From an uncultured Spirochaetota bacterium (GTDB lineage Bacteria > Spirochaetota > UBA4802 > UBA5550): 64,000 nt of DNA. Numbering within the stretch: position 1 is the first letter of the stretch; every line of letters starts with the position of its first letter. A program made the position numbers and the translations under genes. Where the stretch lies: the NCBI GenBank assembly GCA_963827275.1, contig CAWHAA010000010.1, positions 416,001 through 480,000 on the forward strand, read 5' to 3'. The notes beneath the pieces were generated by a model, which saw nothing but the letters and a program-made list of their open reading frames with translations, was not told where the DNA came from and ran no database searches. Positions 10,379 to 21,094 of this stretch are shown here, one piece after another.

Positions 10379-10414
10379 ACGCACACCGGCCAACCGCATG
10401 AAAACGCAGTGCGG

Positions 10415-11872
10415 TCACACCTCGATCCTGCCGGCAGGCCCTTCCGGCATCGAAGGCGGGATCGACGCGTGCGATTCCTCGATGACCCGCATGCCCTTCC
10501 ATTTTCCGCCTGAAAACCGCGCCATGAACACGATCCCCAGCAGCATCACGTACCCCGTCAGCACCGCCCACCCCGTGTAGATGCCCATATCAAAGACAAT
10601 GAGCAGCACGGCGGTCGGGATGACAAGGCCGAACACAGACATGATGACGATGGCATACATGACGAAACGGGTATCACCCGCCCCCTTGATCGCGGAAGAG
10701 AAAATGATGTTCATTGAGTCAAATACGCAGTAGAGCGCCACGAACCGGAGCAGCACCCTGACCAGGTCGGCGGTCGGCTTGAACTGCGCCCGGTCAGTGC
10801 CGGCCCCGTACAGGGAAATAAAGATATCGGGGGCAAACAGGTACAGAAGGGCCACCGCTCCCATGTACGCGGCCGCCAGGTGAAGCCCCGAGTAGACGCT
10901 GTATTCGGCGCGCTCGGGTTTATTCATGCCCAGGTACTGTCCCACGAGCACGGATACCGTGATCCCGAGGCCTATCATCGGCATGAAGGCGATGGTGTTG
11001 ACGTTGAAGGCGATATTCGTCGCGGCAAGGCTGTCGGTCCCGAGGCGGCCCAGGATCAGTATGAACGCGGTGATGCCCATCATATCGAGAAAAAACTGCG
11101 CGCCGTTCGGCAGGCCGAAGCGAATGAGCCGCCTGAACAGGCGCGCATCGAACCGCCACCCGCCCAGGGTGTTGAAGGCCGCGTTGTGCGACGGCTTGAA
11201 GATGACCACCGCGTACACCAGGAAGGAAACGCAGGAGGAAAGGACCGTCGCTACCGCCGCCCCCTCGATCCCCATGCGGGGGAACCCGATGTTACCGAAG
11301 ATCAGGACATAGTCCAGCACCAGGTTCACCGCGGTTGCCGTAAAATTCGAGACAAGGATGATCCAGGTCCTGCCGATGCCTGAAAAAAAGCCGGACATGG
11401 CCGACGAGGCGACCAGGGGCACGGCCCCGAAGCAGAGGATCCGGAAATATGCCGATTCGTATTCCTGGACGCGGGCCTCATGCCCCACGAAGGCGAAGAT
11501 ATCAACCGAGAAGGGGACGAAGAGCATGATAATGACGCCCGATATGAGGGAGATATAGAGAGACTGCCAGAGGACCGGCCCCACCATCCTGTTCTGCTCG
11601 GAGCCGTAATATTGCGCGATGAAGGTGCTGACATAGGAGACCGTCCCCATGAAGAGGCTCACCAGCGTGAAATTCAGGCTGCCCGCCGGCATGGACGCGG
11701 CCATCGCTTCCTTTGAAAACCAGTTGAGAAACATGCGGTCGATGAAATGCTGCAGGGCCCATGAACCGGTCGTGAAGATAAGCGGGACGGCAATAATCAA
11801 TACATCCCGGTAGCCGCCCTCTCTATTAAATCTGCCGGCGAAATGCCGGCGCGCCATGTCATATAATTTCAT
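10415..11872 (-). CDS. MATE family efflux transporter
   Basis: About 12 TM; FIDRMFL, FIAQYYGS, NLVLDYVLIFGNIGFPRMGIEGAAVAT, KGAGDTR. Confidence 0.92.
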   Translation of the reverse strand: MKLYDMARRHFAGRFNREGGYRDVLIIAVPLIFTTGSWALQHFIDRMFLNWFSKEAMAASMPAGSLNFTLVSLFMGTVSYVSTFIAQYYGSEQNRMVGPVLWQSLYISLISGVIIMLFVPFSVDIFAFVGHEARVQEYESAYFRILCFGAVPLVASSAMSGFFSGIGRTWIILVSNFTATAVNLVLDYVLIFGNIGFPRMGIEGAAVATVLSSCVSFLVYAVVIFKPSHNAAFNTLGGWRFDARLFRRLIRFGLPNGAQFFLDMMGITAFILILGRLGTDSLAATNIAFNVNTIAFMPMIGLGITVSVLVGQYLGMNKPERAEYSVYSGLHLAAAYMGAVALLYLFAPDIFISLYGAGTDRAQFKPTADLVRVLLRFVALYCVFDSMNIIFSSAIKGAGDTRFVMYAIVIMSVFGLVIPTAVLLIVFDMGIYTGWAVLTGYVMLLGIVFMARFSGGKWKGMRVIEESHASIPPSMPEGPAGRIEV

Positions 11873-11953
11873 GATCTTCCGTTCCACTGATAACTGTCGG
11901 CCGGCCCGGCCGCGGCGATTCGCGTGCCCGCCGCTGGCGGGTTGAAAGGAGTA

Positions 11954-13912
11954 TTAATGGGGAACGCCGCCCTGGTCCGGCGCCGCCTCGGCTTTCTGTA
12001 ACAGCTTCCTGCGCTCTTCCAGGTCCCGCGCCAGCCGTTCGCTCATGCACTCGTGCGCGACCTGGTAGGCGAAGGCGTTCATGCGGAGAAAGACCCCGTC
12101 CAGCATTGAATCTTCCATCACCCTTTTCCCCGCGAGCTCCTTCGACAGCGGGGAGCCGTTCCTGACATCAAGGATGACACAGTCGTAAAACGGGAGCGGC
12201 CGCCCCCGTCCGCTTGATTCATCGAGCCCCCGTGCCTTGAGCGATTCCCGCGCCGGCTCGGTGCCCGCCCCCGGGGGCCTGCCCGCGGCCCAGCGGCGGT
12301 GCTGGTCATAGACAACCTGCAGCTCTTTGCCGAAGAGGTAAAAGCAATCGCCGATTGACCTGATCAGGCGGTCCACCAGGGTCCCCGAGCCCGCCTGCGC
12401 CTTCATCGCCCTCCGGACCTCGTCCCTGCCGACGGCGCCGGTGGGGTTGCCGGTCCTGAAGGAATGCATATCATTGAGCACCCTGTTGAAGATGTCCAGG
12501 TGCGCTTCGAAATAATTCAGTGAGAATATGGCCCCCTCGCTCTCCTGCCGGCCCATGTCCCGGAACACGACCGTCGAGCCGTCCAGCAGGGGGACATACA
12601 TATTTCTGAAACACTGCAACAGCGCGTCAAGAAAATTTATAAAGTTCTCGTTGTACATCATCTTCGAGTCATAGTGCTTCTTGTCGATATAGCGCCACTG
12701 GTCTTCCGCCCCCTTCAGGAGCATGTTGCGTCCCTCGTCGTCGAGCCGGAGCAGCACCGCCAGCGTCTCGTACGGCTCGAGCTCCCTGCGGATGGCATCC
12801 CGCGTCTTTTTCATGAGCGACTCCCTGTCCTTCCCCACCTTCACCAGGTAGTCCTCGCTGTAGTCCCATTCCACGTTGTTCACGAACGGGGCCTTGATGC
12901 CGTAGTGCGCGACGATCGTATTCTGGTCGACATGCCGCTGGAACACCAGCGCCTCCTCGGCGGCCATCATGAACTCCCCGAGCCCGCCCGTTTCGAACCG
13001 CTCCTTCATCCGCTTCGACAGCAGGCATTCCTGCCCCGCGGACAGAGGGACGAACGAGCGCAGGAGCATCATGAACTCATACACCAGCTTTTCCTTCTCG
13101 AGGTTGCGCTTCTCCTTGTCCCTGCGGTAGGCGGGCGGCTCGCCGTCAACGAGGTCCTCCTTGCGGAAATCGTCAATGGACCGGAGCCGCGCTTCAGCTT
13201 CAGCGATGATTTTCTCCCGCATGTCGGCGTTCAGCAAGAGGAAGGAAAAATACGGGGTCACCCACCCTTTGAGCTCCCGCTCGAACTGCGCCCGCTCCAT
13301 CCATTTGACCACCTCGTACTTCAGCTGCAGCAGCGGGGCCTCCGACATCCATTTTCTGAGGCAGCGGAGGTAGTTGAATATCAGCGGGTCCTCAACGGCG
13401 GGGTCCTCGAGTATCTTCATCATGATAACGACAAGCCGGCCGGCGATCTCGCCCTGGACGCCGGCAAGGTAGGCCATGATCTTCATCATCTTTTTCGAGG
13501 GCACCAGGCGCTTCCTGATGCCGATGCCGAGCTTGTTGTTCCGGTGCACGAGGTAGCGCCTGCGGAACAACCCCCGGTCACGGTATTCCCGGTAGAGATC
13601 GTCAATGTAATAGGAGGTTTCCGTCGGAGCGTGGACCTCCGGCGCGGCCGGCATAGCATCCGGCGTCCGCGGCTGCGCCCTCTTTTTCTTCGCGGGCTCC
13701 GGCCGGACGCCCTCATTCTCGTACAGGACGACCTTCTTGTCCGGGCAGGTATGGACCAGCTCAATGATGGCGCGGTACTTTTCGTACGGCTTGAGATGGC
13801 GGTTGTTCATGAGCGTGCGGACCAGCTCCTGCTTGTGGGGCGGGATCTCTTTGCTAACAAGCATGGCCCGTGCGCGACGCTCGAGCTTTTTTATCTCTTC
13901 CTGGCTGCTCAT
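11954..13912 (-). CDS. Hypothetical 652-aa cytoplasmic helical protein
   Basis: Long ORF with host codon bias; follows the OmpA/MotB gene on the same strand; no motif recognised. Confidence 0.75.
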   Translation of the reverse strand: MSSQEEIKKLERRARAMLVSKEIPPHKQELVRTLMNNRHLKPYEKYRAIIELVHTCPDKKVVLYENEGVRPEPAKKKRAQPRTPDAMPAAPEVHAPTETSYYIDDLYREYRDRGLFRRRYLVHRNNKLGIGIRKRLVPSKKMMKIMAYLAGVQGEIAGRLVVIMMKILEDPAVEDPLIFNYLRCLRKWMSEAPLLQLKYEVVKWMERAQFERELKGWVTPYFSFLLLNADMREKIIAEAEARLRSIDDFRKEDLVDGEPPAYRRDKEKRNLEKEKLVYEFMMLLRSFVPLSAGQECLLSKRMKERFETGGLGEFMMAAEEALVFQRHVDQNTIVAHYGIKAPFVNNVEWDYSEDYLVKVGKDRESLMKKTRDAIRRELEPYETLAVLLRLDDEGRNMLLKGAEDQWRYIDKKHYDSKMMYNENFINFLDALLQCFRNMYVPLLDGSTVVFRDMGRQESEGAIFSLNYFEAHLDIFNRVLNDMHSFRTGNPTGAVGRDEVRRAMKAQAGSGTLVDRLIRSIGDCFYLFGKELQVVYDQHRRWAAGRPPGAGTEPARESLKARGLDESSGRGRPLPFYDCVILDVRNGSPLSKELAGKRVMEDSMLDGVFLRMNAFAYQVAHECMSERLARDLEERRKLLQKAEAAPDQGGVPH

Positions 13913-13931
13913 GTCCTGACAGGGAAAAGAA

Positions 13932-14981
13932 TCATTTGCCGGGAAGGCGCGGTATCACGACGATCTCCACCCGGCGGTTGAGCGCGCGGTTCGCGGGCGT
14001 ATCGTTGGGAACGACGGGGTTATATTCCCCGTACCCGGCCGCACTGAAACGGGACGCGTTCAGGTTCTTTTCGCGTAAAATATAATTCAGGACCGACAGG
14101 GCCCGCTCGGTGGAAAGCTGCCAGTTGTCCCTGAACCTGCTGGTGCTGATGGGCACGTTATCGGTATGCCCCTCGATGATTATCCTGTTGCCGGTATAGT
14201 TGTTCAATATGGCGGTGATCTTCAGCAGGGCCGGCATGACGTCCTTCTTCAGCTCCGCCTTCCCGGAATCGAAGCTGATTTTTTCGCCGATGTCTATGAT
14301 GAGCCGGTCGTGAAAACGCTTGAGTGTGATGTCTCCCTTCTGTATCTCATCCGCCAGCTGTTTTTCAAGCTCCTTCGCCTGTTCCTCCATGCGGGCCAGC
14401 TCGTCCTTCTGCTTCTGGCTCAGCTTCTCGAGGTTCGAAAGCTCGATGTTCAGGTTGTTGATCTCCTTTTTGAGGTCGGCGATCTTCTTTTCATACTGGT
14501 CCCGCACATCGCCCAGCTCCTTGATGTGCTTCTGCCGCTCCGCGGCAAGCTCGTCGCGGAGCCTTGCCAGGTCGTCCTCGCTGCGCTTCTGCAGCTTCCG
14601 GTTCTCTTCTATCAACTGCTTCTCGCGATCGCTCCCCTTTTTCTTCATGAGGTCGATCATGTCCTCGAGCTCCTTGGCGCGGTTGGCGCACTGCTCCCTG
14701 TCGCTTTTCTGTTCCTTGCGGAGATTGTCAAGCTCCCGCTCAAGGATGTCGATCCTGTTGTTCAGGCCCGCGATCTTGGCCTCAAGGTTGGCCTTGTCAT
14801 TGCCGTACTGCCGCTTCAGCGAGTTCAGTTCAAGCTGGAGCGCCTCATTTTCATTGTACAATTTGTTGTACTGCGTCGACGTGTAGAGGAGCGCCCCCCG
14901 GGCGGGGAACGGTCCGGCGCAGAGCAGGAACGCGGCCGTAAGGGCCGGCACCATGAGCCTGAAGACCATGTCTCTTTTCAT
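13932..14981 (-). CDS. OmpA/MotB-family peptidoglycan-binding protein with long coiled coil
   Basis: Signal peptide; about 180-aa coiled coil; FDSGKAEL, IEGHTDNVPI, DNWQLSTERA, GYGEYNP, NRRVEI. Confidence 0.9.
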   Translation of the reverse strand: MKRDMVFRLMVPALTAAFLLCAGPFPARGALLYTSTQYNKLYNENEALQLELNSLKRQYGNDKANLEAKIAGLNNRIDILERELDNLRKEQKSDREQCANRAKELEDMIDLMKKKGSDREKQLIEENRKLQKRSEDDLARLRDELAAERQKHIKELGDVRDQYEKKIADLKKEINNLNIELSNLEKLSQKQKDELARMEEQAKELEKQLADEIQKGDITLKRFHDRLIIDIGEKISFDSGKAELKKDVMPALLKITAILNNYTGNRIIIEGHTDNVPISTSRFRDNWQLSTERALSVLNYILREKNLNASRFSAAGYGEYNPVVPNDTPANRALNRRVEIVVIPRLPGK

Positions 14982-14993
14982 TGTGATGTATCC

Positions 14994-15665
14994 CTATTTG
15001 ATCAATTTATCTTCGGTTATCCGCACCTTGACCGCGGCCTCTTCACGGTCCTCTTTTTTATCCGCCAGGATCTCCTTCTGCTTTTCCAGGAAGACCCGGT
15101 ATTTTTCGTCATACTTGTCCGGTGAGTCGGAGGACTCCTTCTTTTCCTTCGGGTCGGCCGCGCCCAGCCTCCTCACCAGGTAGTCCCGGGCGATCCGGGC
15201 CCTCTCGTAGCGCAGTTCGGCGACCTGGACTGACAGGTCGGCTTCCGCGACGTCCTTCTCCGCCACGGCGAGGTCGCGCAGCGCGGCCGAGTTCTCGACC
15301 CGCGCCGCCTGTGCGCGGATCTCGTTGTCCTTCTGGGCGATCTGGTTCGCGGTCTCATCGACCCGCGCGCCGTCATTCTCCAGCTTATATTGCTTCTGCT
15401 TGTCCTCGAGAAGTTTCTTTTCATCCTTCAGGATGCCGAGCCTACCCCTGTCGATTTTGAGCTTCTGCTCGGCATCGTGGAGCTTGTCCTTCACCACCCG
15501 GGCCGCGTGGTTTTTCGCGATGACAAAATTTTCCAGCTTCTCCAGGGACTTTGCCTGCTCGGCCGATTTATCGACAAGGTATTCATCCGGCACCGGGTCC
15601 GGCATGGTGACGCATCCTGCCATAAAAACGAGTGAAGCGGCCAATAGCGATACGATAGCTTTCAT
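14994..15665 (-). CDS. Coiled-coil lipoprotein
   Basis: Lipobox FMAGC; heptad-rich charged sequence; 12 nt upstream of the OmpA/MotB gene. Confidence 0.8.
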   Translation of the reverse strand: MKAIVSLLAASLVFMAGCVTMPDPVPDEYLVDKSAEQAKSLEKLENFVIAKNHAARVVKDKLHDAEQKLKIDRGRLGILKDEKKLLEDKQKQYKLENDGARVDETANQIAQKDNEIRAQAARVENSAALRDLAVAEKDVAEADLSVQVAELRYERARIARDYLVRRLGAADPKEKKESSDSPDKYDEKYRVFLEKQKEILADKKEDREEAAVKVRITEDKLIK

Positions 15666-15862
15666 ATGATACTCCGATTTTTATTTTTCCTTCCATCCCT
15701 GTTCCTGATCATGGGACAGCGAATCATTATAAAATGTTCTTTTGTATTCGAAAATATTAAATAATCAACTCATATTCTATGAGTTGACGCGCTAATCGCA
15801 AGTTACATGCTTTTCGGAATACGTCAAGAATAATATGGGCGCCCGCGCCGGAGCGTGCGGGG

Positions 15863-17101
15863 TCAGTCCTCCCCTATCGGCACGGCCGCGATCCGCTCCT
15901 CGCCCGGGGGCCCCTGCGGGCCCCGGGGGCCGGTCCTGACCCGCGAGGCCGAAAAGAGGTTTGCCAGCGCGATGCCCGCCCCGAGCAGGAAGACGTACTG
16001 GTACCCGACCTTCTCCCATATCACCCCGCTGACCAGCGCGATCGAGATCGAGAAGATATGGTCTATGGTGACGCCCATGGTAAGGGTCTGCGGCACGTCG
16101 TCCGGCGTGACCGCTATCTTCTTTAAATAGGTGGCCCGCGCCATGCCGACGGACATGAGCAGCTGGTCACAGATGAAGCAGGCGCACGCGACGTAGAGCG
16201 CGATCTCCCCGCCGAACAGCTGCCGGGAAAAGCCGTAGCCCAGGCATACCACCACGAGGATGACCGCTTCGCCCATGAGGATCCGCCGCTCGCCGAGCCG
16301 GTCGATGGCCCTTCCCAGCAATGGATTGAAAAATATGCCAGCGACGCCGCCGATGGTAAGGAGCGTGGCGATCATCTCCGTCTTCTGGTTGAATATCTTT
16401 ATAAGCACCCAGGGCGCGAAGGTGAGAAAAATCTGCTTTCTTGTCCCGAACAGGATGTTGAGCCAGTAAAAAAGGCCGTATTCCTTCCTCAGGGTAAAGC
16501 TGGCCCTGACGGGGCGGGCCTTCCCCGGCTTCATCATGAACAGCAGCAGCGCCGCGCCGAAATAGCCCGCCGCGGCCAACAGGAACGAGAGGGTAAAATC
16601 GAAGCTGAAATACGCGAACCCGATGAAAATGACGAAGCTCCCGCTGATCGCGGCTATGTTCATGGCGCCGGTGAGCTGACCGAGCCGCCTACCCGCCTTC
16701 CCTTCCCCGGCGAACTCCATGCCGAGGCTCTGGTTGAGCGGAAGATAGATGTGCTGGCCCATGCTGTATATCAGCAGCCAGGCGAGCATGATGGAGAAGG
16801 TCGGCGAGTACAGGCCGATGAGCGCAATGCCGATCGACGCGACGAGGTTGGCGAAGGCGGCGAGACGCCGCGAGCTCATGAAGAAAAAGATGGCCGAGAA
16901 AAAAACGACAAGGAACCCCGGCACCTCCCTGGGCAGCTCGAGCATTCCCCGCTGGGAATCAGTGATGCTGAATACTTCATTGAGGTAGTTGTTGAAGACG
17001 GAATTGATCGCGCTCTGGGAGAACCCGATGAGCACGATTGAAAGGATGAACAACTGGAAATCCCTGGGAAGGGCCCGAAACCGCTGAACGAGTCGTTTCA
17101 A
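15863..17101 (-). CDS. MFS transporter
   Basis: About 12 TM; GRAIDRLGERR motif A. Confidence 0.9.
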   Translation of the reverse strand: MKRLVQRFRALPRDFQLFILSIVLIGFSQSAINSVFNNYLNEVFSITDSQRGMLELPREVPGFLVVFFSAIFFFMSSRRLAAFANLVASIGIALIGLYSPTFSIMLAWLLIYSMGQHIYLPLNQSLGMEFAGEGKAGRRLGQLTGAMNIAAISGSFVIFIGFAYFSFDFTLSFLLAAAGYFGAALLLFMMKPGKARPVRASFTLRKEYGLFYWLNILFGTRKQIFLTFAPWVLIKIFNQKTEMIATLLTIGGVAGIFFNPLLGRAIDRLGERRILMGEAVILVVVCLGYGFSRQLFGGEIALYVACACFICDQLLMSVGMARATYLKKIAVTPDDVPQTLTMGVTIDHIFSISIALVSGVIWEKVGYQYVFLLGAGIALANLFSASRVRTGPRGPQGPPGEERIAAVPIGED

Positions 17102-17182
17102 ACAGTTACATCTCCGGCGACGGTATGATCGCTGATTTGATCCGCTCCCCGCTTACCGCGTCAAGGATTTTTCATGCCCGGG

Positions 17183-17608
17183 TCAGTGAAATATGGAATA
17201 CGCGATCCGGCTCAGGCTCGCCAGCAGCGTGTAGGCCGAAAAATCTTTCACCTTATGGCTGCCCTCCTCGACCTGCCGGATATACTTGTGCATGTTCGCC
17301 AGCTCGTTTTTGTCGAGCCAGTACGAGCCGCACGAGGGACAGCGGTCCATGACGATGTCGGAATAGTCGAGGAAATTGATCTTCAGCATTAGAACGCCGG
17401 CGCATTCCTGGCACTTAATCGGCCTGTAACGGTCGTCTTCCGGCAGGGTATTGTACGAGCAGAGCTCCACGTCGCCGCCGCTTTCTTTGAGAAGGTTGTT
17501 GAGCTGGTGGCGGTGGAGCCACATGCCGCCGCACTCCCTGCAGACCTGAATATCCTCCCCTTCCCTGTTTTCTTTGACCAGGCCTTTCCTGCATCGCGGG
17601 CATATCAT
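17183..17608 (-). CDS. Double zinc-ribbon (zf-TFIIB-like) protein
   Basis: CPRC..CRECGGMWL and CQEC..CPSCGSYWLDKNEL; RBS GGAGGT before ATG 17608. Confidence 0.85.
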   Translation of the reverse strand: MICPRCRKGLVKENREGEDIQVCRECGGMWLHRHQLNNLLKESGGDVELCSYNTLPEDDRYRPIKCQECAGVLMLKINFLDYSDIVMDRCPSCGSYWLDKNELANMHKYIRQVEEGSHKVKDFSAYTLLASLSRIAYSIFH

Positions 17609-17859
17609 AGCGCACCTCCCTGATGATCGATACCCCTTCCGGGGGGGCAAGTCCGGGAGCGAACGCCGGTGCCGAAAGAACCCGCTCCCGCATGAAATAT
17701 ACTCCCTTTTATCACCCGGCGTCAAGCCGCCCGGTGCGGATAGGGCAATAAAAAATCAACTTAATCAATGAAACAGTTGTAATTATTTAGATGATTTTTT
17801 TCGACAATGTAACCGGAACCCGGGTTCCGGGCTCTGTTATTCTGTCATTCTATTAAAGC

Positions 17860-19227
17860 GTGCCGAAATTGAAAAGGACATCCGCGCAACATCCATCACA
17901 AGGCCATATCGCGTCATTCTCGGACACGGCGCGGACGCTTATACGCGAAAAGTCGTCCGGCGTGCGCTCAAACGCCGCCAAGACCGCCAAGTACCTGTTC
18001 ATGAAAGTGACCCGGAACTTTTTCTTCAAGCTGTTCTTCGCCGGCTTCCTGTTCCTCTCGGTTTTTTCAACGGCGGTCTACTATTTCGAAAGCAGGCACG
18101 TGTTCTACCGCGAGGAAGGCGGCGCCATGGTCGAAGACGAAGCGGCATCGAGCAATATCCGGTCCATGAAAGACGCGGTATGGTGGGCTTTCGTCACGTC
18201 AACCACGGTCGGATACGGGGACTATTACCCGAAATCGGCGGCGGGACGTCTCATGGGGATCCTGCTGATGTTCTTCGGGGTCTCACTGGTCGGGGTCATC
18301 ACTGGTAATATCGCTTCGGCGCTGGTGGAGAAGCAACTCAAGGAGGGTCGGGGCTTGAAAGAACTAAAGCTTAAAAACCACTTTATACTGTGCGGGTGGA
18401 AGCGCGACATGGCAGACGTCCTCTACCATATTATGGAAAAGAACAAGGAGTTCCTGCCCTCCGACTTCGTGCTGATCAACACCGCCGGTCCGGAGGAGAT
18501 CGAAAACCTGAAATCCGACGGCAGGTTCGCGCAGATCAACTACATCCACGGCGACTACATCGACGAACGGGTGCTGAAGAGGGCCAGGCTGAAAGACGCG
18601 GCGCGGGTGATCGTGTTCGCCGACCGCATGGTGCAGGGATCGGTGCAGGAGGTCGATTCGCGCACCGTCATGTGCATCATCACCATCAAGTCGATGTCCA
18701 AGACCATATACACCTGCGCCGAAATCCTTGACGAGAAGTTTGAGCGCTATCTCCGCTTCTCCAACTGCGATGAAATCATACTCACAACCGAATACAACCG
18801 CTCGCTCATCGCCAATGCGTCCGCGGGAAGCGGAATTTCCCACGTGATCAGCGAGCTCCTGAACGTAAACGCGGATGTATGCATCTCAACACACGAGATC
18901 CCGGCGCGGTTCATCAACAAGACGTACGGGGAACTCTTCGATTTTTACCTGTCACGCGACCGGACGATACTCATCGGCATCATGGAGAACACCGGCAACT
19001 TCTTCACGAGGAAAACCGAGGCCATCCGGGAAGCCCAGAAGACCCCGGACATCTCCAAGCTCGTTGACAACCTGAAGGACGTGAAGCAACTTGTCGCCAA
19101 CATGCCGATAATAAATCCGTCGTCGGACTACGTCGTCACCCACCACAGCAAGGCGATCGTCATTGAAGGGCGCGCGAGCAAGCCCATGATACAATCAAGG
19201 AAAGTGAGCAGCCATGCCGTTGTTTAA
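17860..19227 (+). CDS. Two-TM potassium channel with RCK/TrkA-N domain
   Basis: AVWWAFVTSTTVGYGDYYP selectivity filter; HFILCGW; HGDYIDERVLKRA. Confidence 0.9.
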   Translation: MPKLKRTSAQHPSQGHIASFSDTARTLIREKSSGVRSNAAKTAKYLFMKVTRNFFFKLFFAGFLFLSVFSTAVYYFESRHVFYREEGGAMVEDEAASSNIRSMKDAVWWAFVTSTTVGYGDYYPKSAAGRLMGILLMFFGVSLVGVITGNIASALVEKQLKEGRGLKELKLKNHFILCGWKRDMADVLYHIMEKNKEFLPSDFVLINTAGPEEIENLKSDGRFAQINYIHGDYIDERVLKRARLKDAARVIVFADRMVQGSVQEVDSRTVMCIITIKSMSKTIYTCAEILDEKFERYLRFSNCDEIILTTEYNRSLIANASAGSGISHVISELLNVNADVCISTHEIPARFINKTYGELFDFYLSRDRTILIGIMENTGNFFTRKTEAIREAQKTPDISKLVDNLKDVKQLVANMPIINPSSDYVVTHHSKAIVIEGRASKPMIQSRKVSSHAVV

Positions 19228-19750
19228 GCGAATAAAAAAAACCCAGGAACTGCCCGACTCCACGCTTGAAAAGCTGAAGGAGGTGTCGTTCTTTTCAATG
19301 TTCGCAAAAGACATTGATATGATAAAAAAAATCGCGGGGCTGTGCGCACGCAGGTCCTACCGGAAGGGGAAGAAGATAATCCGCGAAGGTGATTTCGGCG
19401 ACGAGCTCTTCATCGTGCTGAACGGCCAGATCGATATCATAAAAAAAACATTGCAGGATGAACAGTACACCGTGACCACCATGAACGCCGGGAAAGGCGC
19501 CGTCTATGTGGGGGAGATCGCCCTCATCGACAACGACCGGCGGTCAGCCTCGGTGTTCGCGAACACCGACTGCGACTGCCTGGTCATACGCCGCGACGAT
19601 TTCATCAAGTTCGGCGACGAAAACCCGAAGGCCGGCCTGGCCATCACGCGCGTCATCGCCCGGCGGCTCTGCGGCAACCTCCGTAAATCCAACACCGATA
19701 TCATTACGCTTTTTTCCGCGCTGGTGGAGGAGATCTCTTCTACCAGGTAG
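19214..19750 (+). CDS. Stand-alone cyclic-nucleotide-binding domain protein
   Basis: IIREGDFGDELFIV, GEIALIDNDRRSASV; no HTH; overlaps the channel stop. Confidence 0.88.
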   Translation: MPLFKRIKKTQELPDSTLEKLKEVSFFSMFAKDIDMIKKIAGLCARRSYRKGKKIIREGDFGDELFIVLNGQIDIIKKTLQDEQYTVTTMNAGKGAVYVGEIALIDNDRRSASVFANTDCDCLVIRRDDFIKFGDENPKAGLAITRVIARRLCGNLRKSNTDIITLFSALVEEISSTR

Positions 19751-19768
19751 CCGGAGGGCGGCGCGCAG

Positions 19769-21073
19769 CTACTCCTGCAGCGAGTTTCCCGTTATCGCGG
19801 CATAGGCCGCCAGCACCGATTCATTCCCTATGTCACCGCCCGCCCCGGGCGCGGCGACGGAATCCCCCACCAGGAACAGGTTTTTAACGCCGGGGACTAA
19901 TGTCCCGGGCCGGTTATCGGCCGTCTGCGTGGTGTTCACCTGCGCCCCGTCCACCATCTTCAGGCTCGACTCCCGCATCCAGAGAACATGCTGCTCGATG
20001 TCCGGGAAATACTTTTTGATGGCCGTCCAGAGCTCGTCCTTGCGCTGTATCCGGAGGGCGCCGTCGCGCACGTCTTCCATCGTCACCGGGTAGAGCATCG
20101 TCAGCACCTGCCCCCCTTCGGGCGCGAGCCCGTCGGCGAGGTTCGAGGTAAGCATGCCGTAGGTCATCGGGCTATAGGTGTAGAGGAGCCCGTCGTAGTC
20201 TGCGATCCGCCTGTCAAGCGCGATGTCGAAAAAAATCCCGGACGTCGGCACCAGCTGCTTGCACATCTTGACGTAGGTCGGGCTGAAGGAGGCCTCCGGC
20301 AGGATGGAAAAAAGCTCCTGTACCGGCAGGTTGATCACGACCCGGTCCGCGGCGACGCGCCTGCCCCCCGCAACAACCCCGACCGCCTTTCCGTTCTGTA
20401 TGATGACCGATTCGACCGGGACGCCGCAGCGGATGGAGCCGGCGGTCTCTATCTCGCCGACGACGGCGGCATGCACGGGCTTCCAGCCCGTTGCCGGATA
20501 TTCGGCCGAGTGGCCGGTGACGAACACCTTTTTCAGGTTCCTGAACATCTCACCCGCCGACGTTTTTTCGAAATAGGGGCATACCATGACCGAGGCGCTC
20601 AGGAGCTCCAGGTATCTGCGCATGCCGCCGGTGATATTGTTCCTGATCATCCAGTCGCGCAGCGATACGTCCATCAACCCCTCATCGAGCGCCCCTTTTT
20701 TTATCCTGAGGAGCAGGCCGAAAAGCCTGAGCTTCTCATACAGCGTGAACATCGTGGTCGTAATGATCCCCAGCGGGCTCGTGGGGAAGAGGACCCTTCG
20801 CCCGTTTTTATCTATGAGGTACGACGCGCCGAGCTTCCTGAACGACACCTCCGCGCCGATCCGCTTCATGATCTTCGCGAGCGCGCTCTCGGGGCCGAAC
20901 CTGGTCAGGTGCACCCCGTAATCCATTACGTAGCCCCCGCGCTCGTACAGGAACGCCCTCCCCCCCGGCACCCTGTTTTTCTCGAATACCGTCACGGTCT
21001 CGCCATCATGGGCAAGCAGCGCTCCGAGGAGCAGCCCGTTGATGCCCGCACCCACTATGATTGTCCTGCCCAT
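19769..21073 (-). CDS. FAD-dependent oxidoreductase (phytoene desaturase/amine oxidase-like)
   Basis: IIVGAGINGL, VFEKNRVPGGRA, NLFLVGDS. Confidence 0.85.
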   Translation of the reverse strand: MGRTIIVGAGINGLLLGALLAHDGETVTVFEKNRVPGGRAFLYERGGYVMDYGVHLTRFGPESALAKIMKRIGAEVSFRKLGASYLIDKNGRRVLFPTSPLGIITTTMFTLYEKLRLFGLLLRIKKGALDEGLMDVSLRDWMIRNNITGGMRRYLELLSASVMVCPYFEKTSAGEMFRNLKKVFVTGHSAEYPATGWKPVHAAVVGEIETAGSIRCGVPVESVIIQNGKAVGVVAGGRRVAADRVVINLPVQELFSILPEASFSPTYVKMCKQLVPTSGIFFDIALDRRIADYDGLLYTYSPMTYGMLTSNLADGLAPEGGQVLTMLYPVTMEDVRDGALRIQRKDELWTAIKKYFPDIEQHVLWMRESSLKMVDGAQVNTTQTADNRPGTLVPGVKNLFLVGDSVAAPGAGGDIGNESVLAAYAAITGNSLQE

Positions 21074-21094
21074 CAGGCACCTCCTTCCCCGCCG

